Below are positions 1 through 9,506 of a stretch of 64,000 nt of DNA, piece after piece (position 1 is the stretch's first letter; every line of letters begins with the position of its first letter). The notes under the pieces were generated by a model. That model made no database searches and was not told where the DNA came from. It saw nothing but the letters and a program-made list of their open reading frames with translations. The translations under genes were made by a program, and so were the position numbers. Source of the DNA: Planctomycetes bacterium ADurb.Bin069 (GTDB lineage: Bacteria; Planctomycetota; UBA8108; UBA8890; UBA8898); assembly GCA_002070955.1 (NCBI GenBank), contig MWEK01000007.1, positions 78,574 to 142,573 on the forward strand. The letters run 5' to 3'.

Positions 1-406
1 CGGCGCACAGGAAGGTGGGGCCTTCACCCCGGGCGAACACCGTCACGGGCGCCGCGGGCAAGCTCCTTCCCAACAGGGGTTCGAGCAGGAAGCGCGCCTC
101 TCCCGGCGCGAAGGGCGCCAACGGCCTAAGCACGCCCGCCGCGCCGTTCTCGACGCCGAACTCGTAGACCCCCTCGGCGCTGAAGCGCAGCTCGGCCGCC
201 AACCCGTGCGCGCCGCGGCGCTCGACGGTCCAGGGCGCGGCATCAGGCTCCGCGGCCCCGGCGCCGAGCGCAAGAAGCAGCGTGAATCCCGCGGCTCGGC
301 ACGCCGCACGCCCCGTCGCCGGCCGCCGGCCGCTCCGCGCCGCGCCCCGCGCGACGCGCGGCGGACGTCCGGCCGCGATGTTCACCAAGCGGGTGTGGCC
401 TGTCAT
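1..406 (-). CDS. hypothetical exported protein, 5' part only (gene continues past left edge)
   Basis: ATG at 406-404 and the frame stays open to base 1. Translation: MTGHTRLVNIAAGRPPRVARGAARSGRRPATGRAACRAAGFTLLLALGAGAAEPDAAPWTVERRGAHG... G/C at nearly every third codon position. The Arg-rich then hydrophobic N-terminus resembles a signal peptide. It is absent from the ORF track because no stop lies in the window. The listed 43..309 ORF is a different, Arg/Ser-rich frame. Confidence 0.4.
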   Translation of the reverse strand, partial: MTGHTRLVNIAAGRPPRVARGAARSGRRPATGRAACRAAGFTLLLALGAGAAEPDAAPWTVERRGAHGLAAELRFSAEGVYEFGVENGAAGVLRPLAPFAPGEARFLLEPLLGRSLPAAPVTVFARGEGPTFLCA

Positions 407-513
407 GGGCGCGCGCCGCCGCATAGTCTCCTCAGCACATGAACCTGCTCCGCGACCCACGGAGTATACGCAGCAACCCGGAACGAGGCAAGCAGACTGG
501 GGCACCCGGGACG

Positions 514-3327
514 CTACGGCGCGAAAAGCTCCAGCGGGTGCAGGGCCGGTAGCCCGCTCTCCGCGCCGAGCTGCAGCCGGCAGCTCGCGCATTCCGAGAC
601 GACGGCCGTGAAGGCGCCCTCCTTCAGGGCGGCGATCAGGGGGGCTCCGATGGCGGCGCTCAGGCCTCTGTGCCCGCGCCGCAGCCCGAACGTCCCCGCC
701 ATGCCGCAGCAGCTTTCCGGCAGCGGCTCGAGCTCGATTCCCGCCGTCTCGGCGCACAGATCCCTGAAGCCCGGCCCCTCCAGTTCCTTGAGGTGGCACG
801 CGCAGTGATAGGCGAGCCGGCCGGCCCGGGGAAGCGCGCGCGGCGTCCACGCGCCGGCGCGCCGGCGCGCGTACAGGAAGGCCCCGAGCTCGAAGGCGCC
901 CTCGCAGACCGGCGACGGACGGCCGAGCAGGCGCGCGTAGTCGCTCCGGAGCATGAGCGCCGCGGTCGGCTCGGGCGTGACGACCGCGTAGCCCGCCTCG
1001 ACGAAGGGACGGAGCGCGGCCTCGTTGCGCGCGGCGACCGCGCGCGCCGCATCGATCCGCCCATAGACGAGGGGCACGACGCCGCAGGGCTCCTGGCGCG
1101 GGATGACGACGGCGCAGCCCGCCGCCTCGAGGGTCGCGACGGCCCGCCGGCCCAGTTCGGGCGCGAAGCAATCGACGAAGAGATCGGCGAAAAACGCCAC
1201 TCCCGTCTTTCCCGGCGGCACGGGGAGAGGCTCGCGGGCGGGCGCCCGGCAGAACCGGCGGCGGGCGAAGGCCGGAAGCGGCTTGCCCGCATCGATGCCC
1301 AGCAGCCGCTCCACGAGGGCGCGCACGGAAGCGCGGCCTTGAAAAAACGTCGCGAGACGCGGAAGCGCGGCGCCGGCGGCGGCCAGCACGGGCAATGAGG
1401 CGGCCGCCCGCTCTCCCGCGTTCAGTCCGCGCGCCCGCACGGCGCGGCCGCGCAGCTCGATGATCGCCTCGGGGACCGAAAGGCCGGACGGACACTCGCG
1501 GCCGCAGGACCGGCACCAGAGGCACAGATCCAGCACCGCGCGCAAGTCGTCGGCCAGCGAGACGTTGCCCATGGCGAGGTCCCGGAGCAAATTGAGCTTC
1601 GCGCGGGGCGAAGCCTCCTCCAGGCCCGTCGCCCTGAAGACCGGGCACATGCGCTCGGTGTCCTTGACGGTCCTGCAGCTCCCGCAGCCCGTGCAGGCAA
1701 AGGCCGCCCGCGCCAGCTCCTCGCCGCCGAAGCGCAGCTCCTCGCCGGCCAGAGGGAGGCCGAACACGGCCTCGCCGCGGGGGTACCTGAGGCCGTCCAA
1801 GGGCAGCTCGCGCTCCTCGACGACCTTTTTGCCGGGGTTCAGAATCCCGGCGGGATCGAAGGCCGCCTTGAGCTCCTTGAAGAGCCCCCACATTTCGTCC
1901 CCGTACTGCCGGCGCACGAAAAAGCTGCGCAGGAGCCCGTCGCCGTGCTCGCCGCTCGCCGTGCCGCCGTGGCGCAGCGCGCACTCGAGCACCTCCTCCG
2001 CAATTCGCGGCATGAGGTCGATCTGGCGCCACGGCCGCATGAAGGGCCGAATGTGGAGTTCGCCCGATCCCGCGTGGGCGTAGCACGTCATCCGGAGCCC
2101 GTGCCTGCCCAGGATCCCCTCGACTTGCTCGATGTAGTCGGCGAGCCGCTCGGGCGGAACGGCGGCATCCTCGATGAAGGGCAGCGGAATGTACCCGTCC
2201 CGCCGCCTGAAAAGAAGCGGCACCGCGGCCTGCCGCACGGCGTTGATGAGGCTCTGGCGCCGGGGATCCTCAACGGCTTCCATGGCCGCCAGGCACGGCG
2301 CGCCGCGCAGCCCTTCCGCGGCGGCGTGCAACGCGCCCCGCGCCTCCTCCGCGGTCCCCTCGAAGGAAGCGATCAGCCATGAGCCGGCGCCTGACGCGAT
2401 CACCGGCGCGAAAGCCGGCATGTCCTTCGCCATGCGCAGGACGACATCGTCCATGAACTCGAGCGCCGCGGGCTTGAACGCGAGCGCCTCGGTGACGAGC
2501 CTGAGCGGCGCGATCCTGTCGGAGAACTGCATGAGGAGCATGGTCCGGGCCGCGGGCGCGGGGTCCAGCGCGAGCTTGGCGCGCACCACGACGGCGAGGG
2601 TGCCCTCGCTGCCCGCGACAACCTGCGTCGGATCCAGGCGATCGCCGCGCAGCGCCTCCCAGAGCAGATAGCCGTGCCGGTTGCGGGCCAGCGTCGGCGC
2701 GAAGGGAAGCCGCAGCGCCTGCGCCTTCCGGGCGAGCGCGGCGGTGCGGGCGAGCAACCCGTCGAGGCCCCGAGCGCCGGAATCGGGCGCCGGCCCGGGC
2801 GCCAGCACCGCGGGCGCGCCATCGGACAGCACGACCTCCAGGGCGCGCAGCCGGCGCCGGGTGTCGCCGTAAACGAGGGAATGCCCGCCGGTGGAATTGA
2901 TGCCCACCATGCCGCCCACGGTGCAGCGGTCGCTCGTCGCCGGATCGGGCCCGAAGAGCAAACCCCGGCTCCGGAGCGCGCGGTTCAGGACGTCCGGCAC
3001 GACGCCGGCTTCGACCCACACCTCGTCCGTCTCGACCGGTCCGATCGCCCGCAGATGGACGGAGAAATCCAGCACGACTCCGCGGGTCAGGCTCTCGCCG
3101 GCAAGCCCCGTGCCCGCTCCGCGCGGCGCCAGCGGGATCCCTTCCTCGGCGCAGTACGCCACCGCCGCGGCGGCGTCCTGGAGCGACTTGACCCTGACGA
3201 CGCACAAGGGGAGGCGGCGGTAGATGCTGGCATCGGTGGCATACAGGCTGCGAGCCGCCCGGCCGGCGAGGACTTCCCCTTCAACGCGCGCGGCGAGGTC
3301 GCGGGCGACCTGATCGGCTTCGCGCAC
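514..3327 (-). CDS. FAD-linked oxidase (GlcD / D-lactate dehydrogenase-like) fused to Fe-S and CCG (GlcF/HdrD-like) domains
   Basis: 937 aa. N-terminal FAD-binding/FAD-oxidase regions (PRGAGTGLAGES, GEHGDGLLRS). Two ferredoxin-type motifs (CTGCGSCRTVKDTERMCP; CLWCRSCGRECP). C-terminal Cys-rich CCG-type motifs (HCACH, SCCGMAGTFG, SECASC). Confidence 0.85.
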   Translation of the reverse strand: MREADQVARDLAARVEGEVLAGRAARSLYATDASIYRRLPLCVVRVKSLQDAAAAVAYCAEEGIPLAPRGAGTGLAGESLTRGVVLDFSVHLRAIGPVETDEVWVEAGVVPDVLNRALRSRGLLFGPDPATSDRCTVGGMVGINSTGGHSLVYGDTRRRLRALEVVLSDGAPAVLAPGPAPDSGARGLDGLLARTAALARKAQALRLPFAPTLARNRHGYLLWEALRGDRLDPTQVVAGSEGTLAVVVRAKLALDPAPAARTMLLMQFSDRIAPLRLVTEALAFKPAALEFMDDVVLRMAKDMPAFAPVIASGAGSWLIASFEGTAEEARGALHAAAEGLRGAPCLAAMEAVEDPRRQSLINAVRQAAVPLLFRRRDGYIPLPFIEDAAVPPERLADYIEQVEGILGRHGLRMTCYAHAGSGELHIRPFMRPWRQIDLMPRIAEEVLECALRHGGTASGEHGDGLLRSFFVRRQYGDEMWGLFKELKAAFDPAGILNPGKKVVEERELPLDGLRYPRGEAVFGLPLAGEELRFGGEELARAAFACTGCGSCRTVKDTERMCPVFRATGLEEASPRAKLNLLRDLAMGNVSLADDLRAVLDLCLWCRSCGRECPSGLSVPEAIIELRGRAVRARGLNAGERAAASLPVLAAAGAALPRLATFFQGRASVRALVERLLGIDAGKPLPAFARRRFCRAPAREPLPVPPGKTGVAFFADLFVDCFAPELGRRAVATLEAAGCAVVIPRQEPCGVVPLVYGRIDAARAVAARNEAALRPFVEAGYAVVTPEPTAALMLRSDYARLLGRPSPVCEGAFELGAFLYARRRAGAWTPRALPRAGRLAYHCACHLKELEGPGFRDLCAETAGIELEPLPESCCGMAGTFGLRRGHRGLSAAIGAPLIAALKEGAFTAVVSECASCRLQLGAESGLPALHPLELFAP

Positions 3328-3333
3328 GCGGCC

Positions 3334-4224
3334 TCACCCGGCCGCGGAACCGGCGGGCTCGCGCACGTCCGGCCGGAAGACCAGCGCAAAGCCCTTGCAG
3401 CATTCCTCGACCCCGGACATGATCCAGGTCAGGACCTTGGCGAAGCTGGGGCGCGCCTTCGCCTGCTTGAGCCCCACCTCCGGCAGGCCCGCGCCGGCAA
3501 TGCCCGGCGCCGCGCCCTCGGGGAAAGTCAGGTCGAGATTGGTGAGGAAGCCGCCCTCGCCCGAGAGCCGGCGCACCATCTCGCCCGACGGCAGCGAGGC
3601 GAGAAACGCCCGCGGGTAGCCCAAGTTCGGCTCGCCGCCGGCCCGCAGGTACAGATCCGGCGCGATCTTGAGGGCTCGGAAGAACTGCTCGACGCGCCTC
3701 AGCTCAGCCTTGTTGACCCGCCACTTGCCGACGTTCGGCCGCTGGATCTCCGGGGCGATCTTGCCGGCGATGACGCCCTCGGCGACATCCCGGCCCTCCT
3801 GCTCGATGCGCAGGCGGGCCTCGAAATCCTCGCCGCCGCGGAAGGAGACCGCGAGCTGCTGGCGCATGCGGCGGCCGTAGGCGGCGACCGCCCGAAACTT
3901 GATGTTCAGCCTCGTTATGCCGAGCGCGGGGAACAGCGCCTCGAGGCCGGCGGCGGCCCTGGCCGCGGTCATGGCTCCGGCGACCACGTCGCCCTGGCGG
4001 TGAATCGGATTCGTGTCGCCGGTGGCGTCGACGAAGGCGATGCCGTCTTCTTTCTCCACCTCGAAGACTTGGTGGAGCGCAAAGCTTCCGGTAACGGCGA
4101 ACGCGGGCCCCTCCGGCCCGCTTACGGGAAGCAGCGACCGATACACGGATCTTCCGCGCGGGTCCCGGAGCAGGACCAGGTCACCGAAGCTGTTCAACGT
4201 CCGGTTCGAGATCAGAAGGCGCAT
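3334..4224 (-). CDS. MaoC-like (hot-dog fold) dehydratase domain protein
   Basis: 296-aa ORF ending 6 nt upstream of the oxidase gene on the same strand. MaoC-type signature region FVDATGDTNPIHRQGDVV. The remainder is unassigned. Confidence 0.6.
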   Translation of the reverse strand: MRLLISNRTLNSFGDLVLLRDPRGRSVYRSLLPVSGPEGPAFAVTGSFALHQVFEVEKEDGIAFVDATGDTNPIHRQGDVVAGAMTAARAAAGLEALFPALGITRLNIKFRAVAAYGRRMRQQLAVSFRGGEDFEARLRIEQEGRDVAEGVIAGKIAPEIQRPNVGKWRVNKAELRRVEQFFRALKIAPDLYLRAGGEPNLGYPRAFLASLPSGEMVRRLSGEGGFLTNLDLTFPEGAAPGIAGAGLPEVGLKQAKARPSFAKVLTWIMSGVEECCKGFALVFRPDVREPAGSAAG

Positions 4225-4485
4225 CGCTCACCTCTGCAGGCTCTCTCCATGCGGCGGAGGCCGTTCTCGGCCCGTTGAAAGCTTGAATTGTACCGGCGCG
4301 ACCGGCAAGTGCAAGGGAAAAAGACGTTCAGCATGAAATTTCCATCCCTACGCGCCGCGCGCCATCGTCAGGATCCGCGCTTCTTGCCGATACATGGAGG
4401 TGCAGTACCATAGGTGATCTTACGGCCGGCGCCTGCGCGCCTTGCGGGACGCCCTCGCGGGCGCCGCGCGAAGGAGAATTGCGTC

Positions 4486-7128
4486 ATGAAGGCGGTTCAG
4501 AAGTTCCTCGTCAATCCCAACATTCCCGAGCGCCTCCGGCCGCTGACGGAGATCGCCCACAATCTCTGGTGGGTCTGGAACCCCGACGCCATCGCCTTGT
4601 TCCAACGCATCGACCGCGATGTATGGGAGTCGGCGGAGGGCAACCCCATCAAGATGCTGGGACTGGTGCGCCAGGAAACCTTCGTGCGGCTCCTGTCCGA
4701 CGACGGGTTCCTGAGCCACCTGGACCGGGTGCACCAGGATCTGCGACGCTACATGGAGTACGCCACTTGGTACGATAAGGTGCACGGGAAGGGGCTCGGC
4801 AGCCAGATCGCGTACTTCTCCCTGGAGTTCGGCATTCACGAATGCCTCCCGATCTACTCGGGCGGCCTGGGAGTGCTCTCCGGCGACCACCTGAAGTCGA
4901 CCAGCGAACTGGGCCTCCCCGTCACGGGCATCGGGCTCCTGTACCGCTTCGGCTACTTCAAGCAGTACCTCAACCGCGACGGGTGGCAACAGGAGGCGTT
5001 TCCCGTCAATGACTACTACCATATGCCCGTGACCGCGGTCCTGGACAAGGACTCGCAGCCCTTCACGGTGCAGGTCGAGATGCCGGAGCGCGCCGTGACG
5101 GCCAAGCTGTGGCGCATCCAGGTGGGTCGCGTGCCGCTCTACATGCTCGACACGAACATCGACGCCAACCTGCCGCACGACCGCGAAATCACCTCCAACC
5201 TCTACGGCGGCGACTTGGAAATGCGCATTCGCCAGGAAATCCTCCTGGGCATCGGCGGCATTCGCGCCCTCAACAAACTCGGCACGCCGCCCACGGTCTG
5301 CCACATGAACGAGGGGCATTCGGCGTTCCTGGCCCTGGAGCGCATCCGGCTCCTCAGGCAGAACGAAGGCCTGTCCTTCGACGAGGCCCGCGAGGTCGTC
5401 GGCGCCACCACCGTCTTCACGACCCACACCCCCGTGCCGGCGGGCAACGACATGTTTCCGCCCGAGTTGATGGAAAACTACTTCCGGCGCTACGTCGACC
5501 AGCTCGGCATCTCGATGCACCAATTCCTCGGACTGGGCCGCCAGGATCCCAACGACGCCCGCGAGCCCTTCTGCATGACGGTGCTGGCGCTCAAGCTCGC
5601 GGCGTTCGCCAACGGCGTGAGCGAGCTGCACGGCCGGGTCTCGCGCCGCATGTGGAAACGGATCTGGACCGGCGTGCCCGAGCCCGAGATCCCCATCACC
5701 CATGTGACCAACGGCGTGCACACGCGCTCGTGGTACTCCGACGAGATCGAACGTCTGCTGGACCGGTACGTGGGCCCGGAGTGGCTCGCCGACCCGGTCA
5801 ACCAGTCGGTGTGGAAGCGCATCGAGCACATCCCGGACTCCGAGCTCTGGCGCAGCCGCGAGCGCCTGCGCGAGCGCCTGGTCGCCTTCGCGCGGCGCAA
5901 GCTCCGGGATCAGCTCGTGCGGCGTGGGTTCCATCGCTCGCTGATCTCCCAGGTGGACGAGGTGTTGGACCCGGAGGTGCTCACGGTGGGGTTCGCGCGG
6001 CGCTTCGCGACCTACAAGCGGGCGACGCTGCTCCTGCACAACCCGGACCGGCTCAACAAGATCCTCAACCACCCCGACCGGCCCGTCCAGATCATCTTCG
6101 CGGGCAAGGCGCATCCCAAGGACCATCCGGGCAAGGAGCTGATCCGCACCATCGTGCACATGACGAACCGAGAGGAGTTCCGCCGCCGCGTCGTGTTCCT
6201 CGAGGACTACAACATGCAGATCGCCCGCACCCTCATCCAGGGCGTCGATGTCTGGCTCAACACGCCCCGCCGGCCCATGGAGGCCAGCGGCACCAGCGGC
6301 ATGAAGGTCGCGGTCAACGGCGGCATCAACCTCAGCATGCTCGACGGCTGGTGGTGCGAGGGCTACCAACTTCACAACGGCCACAGCACGGGCTGGGCCA
6401 TCGGCGGCGGGGAGGAATACGACGATCACTCCTACCAGGACGATATCGAGAGCCGCAGCCTCTACGACCTGTTGGAAAACGAGGTCGCGCAGACGTTCTA
6501 CCGCCGCGGCGCGGACGGCCTGCCGCGGGAGTGGATCGCGATGATGAAGACCTCCATGCAGCGGCTCTGCCCGATCTTCAACACCAACCGCATGGTCGAG
6601 GAGTACACCGAGCGCTTCTACCTGCCGGCGATCCTCCAGTGGAACTGGCTCGCGGCGGAGAATTGGTCCGAGACGCGCAAGCTGGCCGAATGGCGCCGCC
6701 GGATCGCCGCGACCTGGAAGGAGGTCCGCATCACGGCGCTCGGCAGCGATCCCGGCGCCCACCACCTCGTCGGCGACAAGCTCAAAGTGCAGGCGCACGT
6801 CCACCTCGGCAGCCTGACCGACGACGATGTCAACGTCGAGCTCTTTTACGGCCCGCTGACCCCCGAGGGCGAGATCGTCGACGCCGCGACCGCCACTCTC
6901 ATCCCCGCGGGAAGGACGCCGAACGGTCAGACCGTGTTCGAGGGCGCCATCCAGTGCGCCAGCACCGGCCACCACGGCTTCGCCGTGCGCGTGCTCCCCT
7001 ACCACCGCGGGCTCATCGACAAGTTTTCGCCGGGGCTGGTGACGTGGCTCGAGGAGCCGTTCCAACGCCTCGGGCTCGGGCATTTCAAGGCGCAGCCGGC
7101 CATGCATCCCGTCGCGGGAAAAGTCTAG
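4486..7128 (+). CDS. glgP: alpha-glucan (glycogen/maltodextrin) phosphorylase, GT35, long bacterial type
   Basis: N-terminal NPNIPERLRPLTEIAHNLWWVWNP region, GT35 core, and PLP-lysine context EASGTSGMKVAVNG. Start placed at ATG 4486, which follows a GAAGGAGA Shine-Dalgarno. The track start 4414 only adds an Arg-rich leader. Confidence 0.9.
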   Translation: MKAVQKFLVNPNIPERLRPLTEIAHNLWWVWNPDAIALFQRIDRDVWESAEGNPIKMLGLVRQETFVRLLSDDGFLSHLDRVHQDLRRYMEYATWYDKVHGKGLGSQIAYFSLEFGIHECLPIYSGGLGVLSGDHLKSTSELGLPVTGIGLLYRFGYFKQYLNRDGWQQEAFPVNDYYHMPVTAVLDKDSQPFTVQVEMPERAVTAKLWRIQVGRVPLYMLDTNIDANLPHDREITSNLYGGDLEMRIRQEILLGIGGIRALNKLGTPPTVCHMNEGHSAFLALERIRLLRQNEGLSFDEAREVVGATTVFTTHTPVPAGNDMFPPELMENYFRRYVDQLGISMHQFLGLGRQDPNDAREPFCMTVLALKLAAFANGVSELHGRVSRRMWKRIWTGVPEPEIPITHVTNGVHTRSWYSDEIERLLDRYVGPEWLADPVNQSVWKRIEHIPDSELWRSRERLRERLVAFARRKLRDQLVRRGFHRSLISQVDEVLDPEVLTVGFARRFATYKRATLLLHNPDRLNKILNHPDRPVQIIFAGKAHPKDHPGKELIRTIVHMTNREEFRRRVVFLEDYNMQIARTLIQGVDVWLNTPRRPMEASGTSGMKVAVNGGINLSMLDGWWCEGYQLHNGHSTGWAIGGGEEYDDHSYQDDIESRSLYDLLENEVAQTFYRRGADGLPREWIAMMKTSMQRLCPIFNTNRMVEEYTERFYLPAILQWNWLAAENWSETRKLAEWRRRIAATWKEVRITALGSDPGAHHLVGDKLKVQAHVHLGSLTDDDVNVELFYGPLTPEGEIVDAATATLIPAGRTPNGQTVFEGAIQCASTGHHGFAVRVLPYHRGLIDKFSPGLVTWLEEPFQRLGLGHFKAQPAMHPVAGKV

Positions 7129-7182
7129 CGCGCCGCCCCCGCCGGCTCCTCCGCCCCCTTCCGGCGGCCTGAACAAGGAAGA

Positions 7183-7220
7183 ACCCCGCCGGCCGGTGGA
7201 GGAGGAGTAGCCAGCGGGGT
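7183..7220 (+). terminator. GC hairpin downstream of glgP (weak terminator candidate)
   Basis: ACCCCGC (7183-7189) pairs with GCGGGGT (7214-7220). A second 7-bp hairpin, CCGCCGG/CCGGCGG, lies at 7139-7167. There is no U-tract, so function is uncertain. Confidence 0.25.
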
Positions 7221-7310
7221 CTTCGCGCTGCTGATGGTATCGCTCCCGGCCCGAAGCCGACTTGAGCGTATTTACCGGGCGTCCGGCTAAGCCCCGGCGC
7301 GGGCGCCTTC

Positions 7311-7340
7311 TTGACACGAAGCCCGCTTCTCCCGTGAAAT
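7311..7340 (+). promoter_or_regulatory. sigma70-like promoter, apparently giving a leaderless mRNA
   Basis: TTGACA (7311-7316), 18 nt, TGAAAT (7335-7340). No Shine-Dalgarno follows. In-frame ATGs at 7339 and 7348 put the likely transcription start at or next to the second ATG. Confidence 0.35.
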
Positions 7341-8337
7341 GCCCTCCATGCGCGAAGCCTTCCTCTGTGCGATCGTGTGCCCGGCCCAGCGGACGTTGCC
7401 CCTGCCGCCCGAGATCGACCCTCTTGCGGACACCTTCTCGCTGGCCTACGCCGCGGAAGATGCGCGCCTGCGGGCCCAAGCCGCGCTCCAGCACGCCGAG
7501 AACGCGGCCGCCGAGGCCGCCCTCGTCGTCCTGCCCGAGGATATCCACGGCATCCGCCACTTTTGGCGCCAGCTCGAGGCGCCCCGGGTGTTTCAACAGA
7601 TCGCCGAGCCCGTTCCCGGCCCCACCACCAGGACCGCCGCCAAAATTGCGCGCCGCCACCGGTCCTATGTGGTGGTCGCGCTCTACGAGAACGACGCGGC
7701 GACGATTTACAGCACCATGGTTCTCGTCGACCCCCGCGGCAAGCTGCTCGCCCGCTACCGGAAGGTGCACGTCGCGCCCGGCGAACACTGGATCGCGGCC
7801 CCCGGCAACCGCTTCGTCGTGACCAAGACCAGCCTCGGGAACATCGGCCTGGCGTGCGGCGAGGATTACCTGTACCCGGAGACGCCCTGCGTGCTGGCGC
7901 GCCTCGGGGCCGAGATCGTCGCGGTCGCCAGCAAGCGTCCCATCTCCGACGGCGCCCTCGGCCTCCGGTCGTCCGAGCACGGCTTCGCCACGGTGTTCGC
8001 CCAGGCGGGCGGCAGCGCCTTCTTCGACCAACGCGGCCGGATGTTGGCTCAGAGCGCCGGTATGCGCGACTTCGTCCTGACCGCCGAACTCAGGGACGAA
8101 GCTCCCTGGCCCGGGGACCGCGACGAGCTGGAAAGGCTCCTCACCGACATCGGCGACCACCGGCCGCGGCTCTCGGCTTTCAGGCGGCCGGAGGCGTACG
8201 CGCCCTTGGTCGCGAAGATGTGGCCGGAAGCACAGCTTGCCCGGGACAAGCTCGGCGCCGGGCCCTGGAAGGCGTTTCAGGCGCTGGCTGAGAAATGGAC
8301 CCAGGGGCCGGCCTTTCTGCCGGAATGGGAGTTGTAA
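7339..8337 (+). CDS. carbon-nitrogen hydrolase (nitrilase superfamily) protein
   Basis: Glu-Lys-Cys triad contexts LVVLPE, YRKVHV and IGLACGED. 332 aa. The in-frame ATG at 7348 may be the true (leaderless) start. Confidence 0.8.
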   Translation: MPSMREAFLCAIVCPAQRTLPLPPEIDPLADTFSLAYAAEDARLRAQAALQHAENAAAEAALVVLPEDIHGIRHFWRQLEAPRVFQQIAEPVPGPTTRTAAKIARRHRSYVVVALYENDAATIYSTMVLVDPRGKLLARYRKVHVAPGEHWIAAPGNRFVVTKTSLGNIGLACGEDYLYPETPCVLARLGAEIVAVASKRPISDGALGLRSSEHGFATVFAQAGGSAFFDQRGRMLAQSAGMRDFVLTAELRDEAPWPGDRDELERLLTDIGDHRPRLSAFRRPEAYAPLVAKMWPEAQLARDKLGAGPWKAFQALAEKWTQGPAFLPEWEL

Positions 8338-8406
8338 GCGGGCCCGGCCCGCGATCCGGCTCCTCCGGGCTCTAGGGCTGTCGGCGGCGGCCGTTCCCGA
8401 GTCCGG

Positions 8407-9372
8407 CTACGCCTCGATGTCCTTGATCAGTTCGCCGATTTCGTGGATCGCGCGCTCGAAGGGCCGCAGCGCCGCCTCGACGCGCCGGGCGAGCAGCGCC
8501 CGCGAAACCATGTTGCGCGCCACGCCGTCGCGCAGCTCCGCCATGCCGGCGGCCAGCGCCTCGCGCACATAATGCAGCCGCTTGCGCAGAGCCTGCGCGC
8601 GGATTCTCCCCTCCCGCAAATCATCGAGCAGGGCGCGAATCGCGGCGCGCTCCGCCGCCGCGGTCTCGGCTTCCTTGGACGCGGCGTGGGCGCGGACGCT
8701 GATTCGCTCGCACCAGGCCAGAACGCGGGCATCGCGGAGCGCGAGCTCCTCTCCGAGCTTGTCGAGCACGGCCGGCGCGTCCCCGAGAAGCTCCTTCACG
8801 GTCCGCGGCAGCTCCCGCCCCAGTTCCCCGACCCGGCGCTCCAAGGCCGCAAGGGCCTCGCGCATCGCCGTCAGCGCCGCTTCCGTCGCGGCGCCCGCCG
8901 CAAAGGCGTGCTCGCGCTCTCCGATCCGTTGGACGGCGTCGCCCAGGAACCGTTGGTCGGCTTCGCCCGAGTTCCACGACCGGCGGCCCTGCTCCCTCAA
9001 CAGCTCCTGAATCCCCTCGACCACGCCCCTGATCTCGCTCACGCGCGCCTCGATGGTCCTCTCGATCGTCTCGCGCAACTCCCGCACCGTTAGCGCGCGC
9101 TGCTTCAACCTATCGACGGACTCCCTCACGCTCCGCACTTCGGCGGCCTGCCCCGAGCCGTCCGCCGGCGACGCGCCGGCGGCGGGCGGCTCGGAAGGGG
9201 CGCCCGGAACCGCCGCCGCCGGCTCCGAATCGGCGTTGCGGGAAAAGCCCGAGGCGGCCTCGGGCAAGTCGGGCCCGGCGGCTTCCTGCGGGCGCCGCGG
9301 CGCTGCCCCGCCGCGGCGCGCGTCCGGCCGCTTGCGGCCGAAGGGGAGGAAGTCGAACAGTCTCTTGACCAT
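8407..9372 (-). CDS. hypothetical protein: Pro/Ala-rich N-terminal region plus long alpha-helical/coiled-coil region
   Basis: 321-aa ORF with high GC3. AAGGTG lies 7 nt before the ATG. Sequence: MVKRLFDFLPFGRKRP..., then a low-complexity P/A/S segment, then heptad-like E/R/L/A-rich helices. No motif recognised. Confidence 0.55.
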   Translation of the reverse strand: MVKRLFDFLPFGRKRPDARRGGAAPRRPQEAAGPDLPEAASGFSRNADSEPAAAVPGAPSEPPAAGASPADGSGQAAEVRSVRESVDRLKQRALTVRELRETIERTIEARVSEIRGVVEGIQELLREQGRRSWNSGEADQRFLGDAVQRIGEREHAFAAGAATEAALTAMREALAALERRVGELGRELPRTVKELLGDAPAVLDKLGEELALRDARVLAWCERISVRAHAASKEAETAAAERAAIRALLDDLREGRIRAQALRKRLHYVREALAAGMAELRDGVARNMVSRALLARRVEAALRPFERAIHEIGELIKDIEA

Positions 9373-9403
9373 GGCGTCGCACCTTCATCCTCGCGAAAAT
9401 GCC

Positions 9404-9432
9404 ATTGTAAGCGCCGTCGCCGCGCCGGACAA
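9404..9432 (-). promoter_or_regulatory. sigma70-like promoter for the 8407-9372 gene
   Basis: On the minus strand: TTGTCC (9432-9427), 17 nt, TACAAT (9409-9404). About 30 nt upstream of the ATG at 9372. Confidence 0.4.
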
Positions 9433-9452
9433 GCCGGCGCGGCGACGGCGTC

Positions 9453-9480
9453 TTGACACGCGCGGCCCGGCGGATAGACT
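9453..9480 (+). promoter_or_regulatory. sigma70-like promoter for pyrG
   Basis: TTGACA (9453-9458), 16 nt, TAGACT (9475-9480), followed by AGGAGG (9493-9498) and GTG 9507. Confidence 0.45.
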
Positions 9481-9506
9481 CCCTTGTTTTCCAGGAGGTT
9501 CGCGCC

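Noticed and set aside
4420-8160. 1246-aa minus-strand ORF spanning glgP and the C-N hydrolase
   Set aside because: It has the same shadow-ORF geometry. Both plus-strand genes have third positions at coordinates divisible by 3, matching the first positions of this ORF. The product is low-complexity and Arg/Gly/Val/Asp-rich, while the plus-strand products carry clear GT35 and nitrilase-family motifs.
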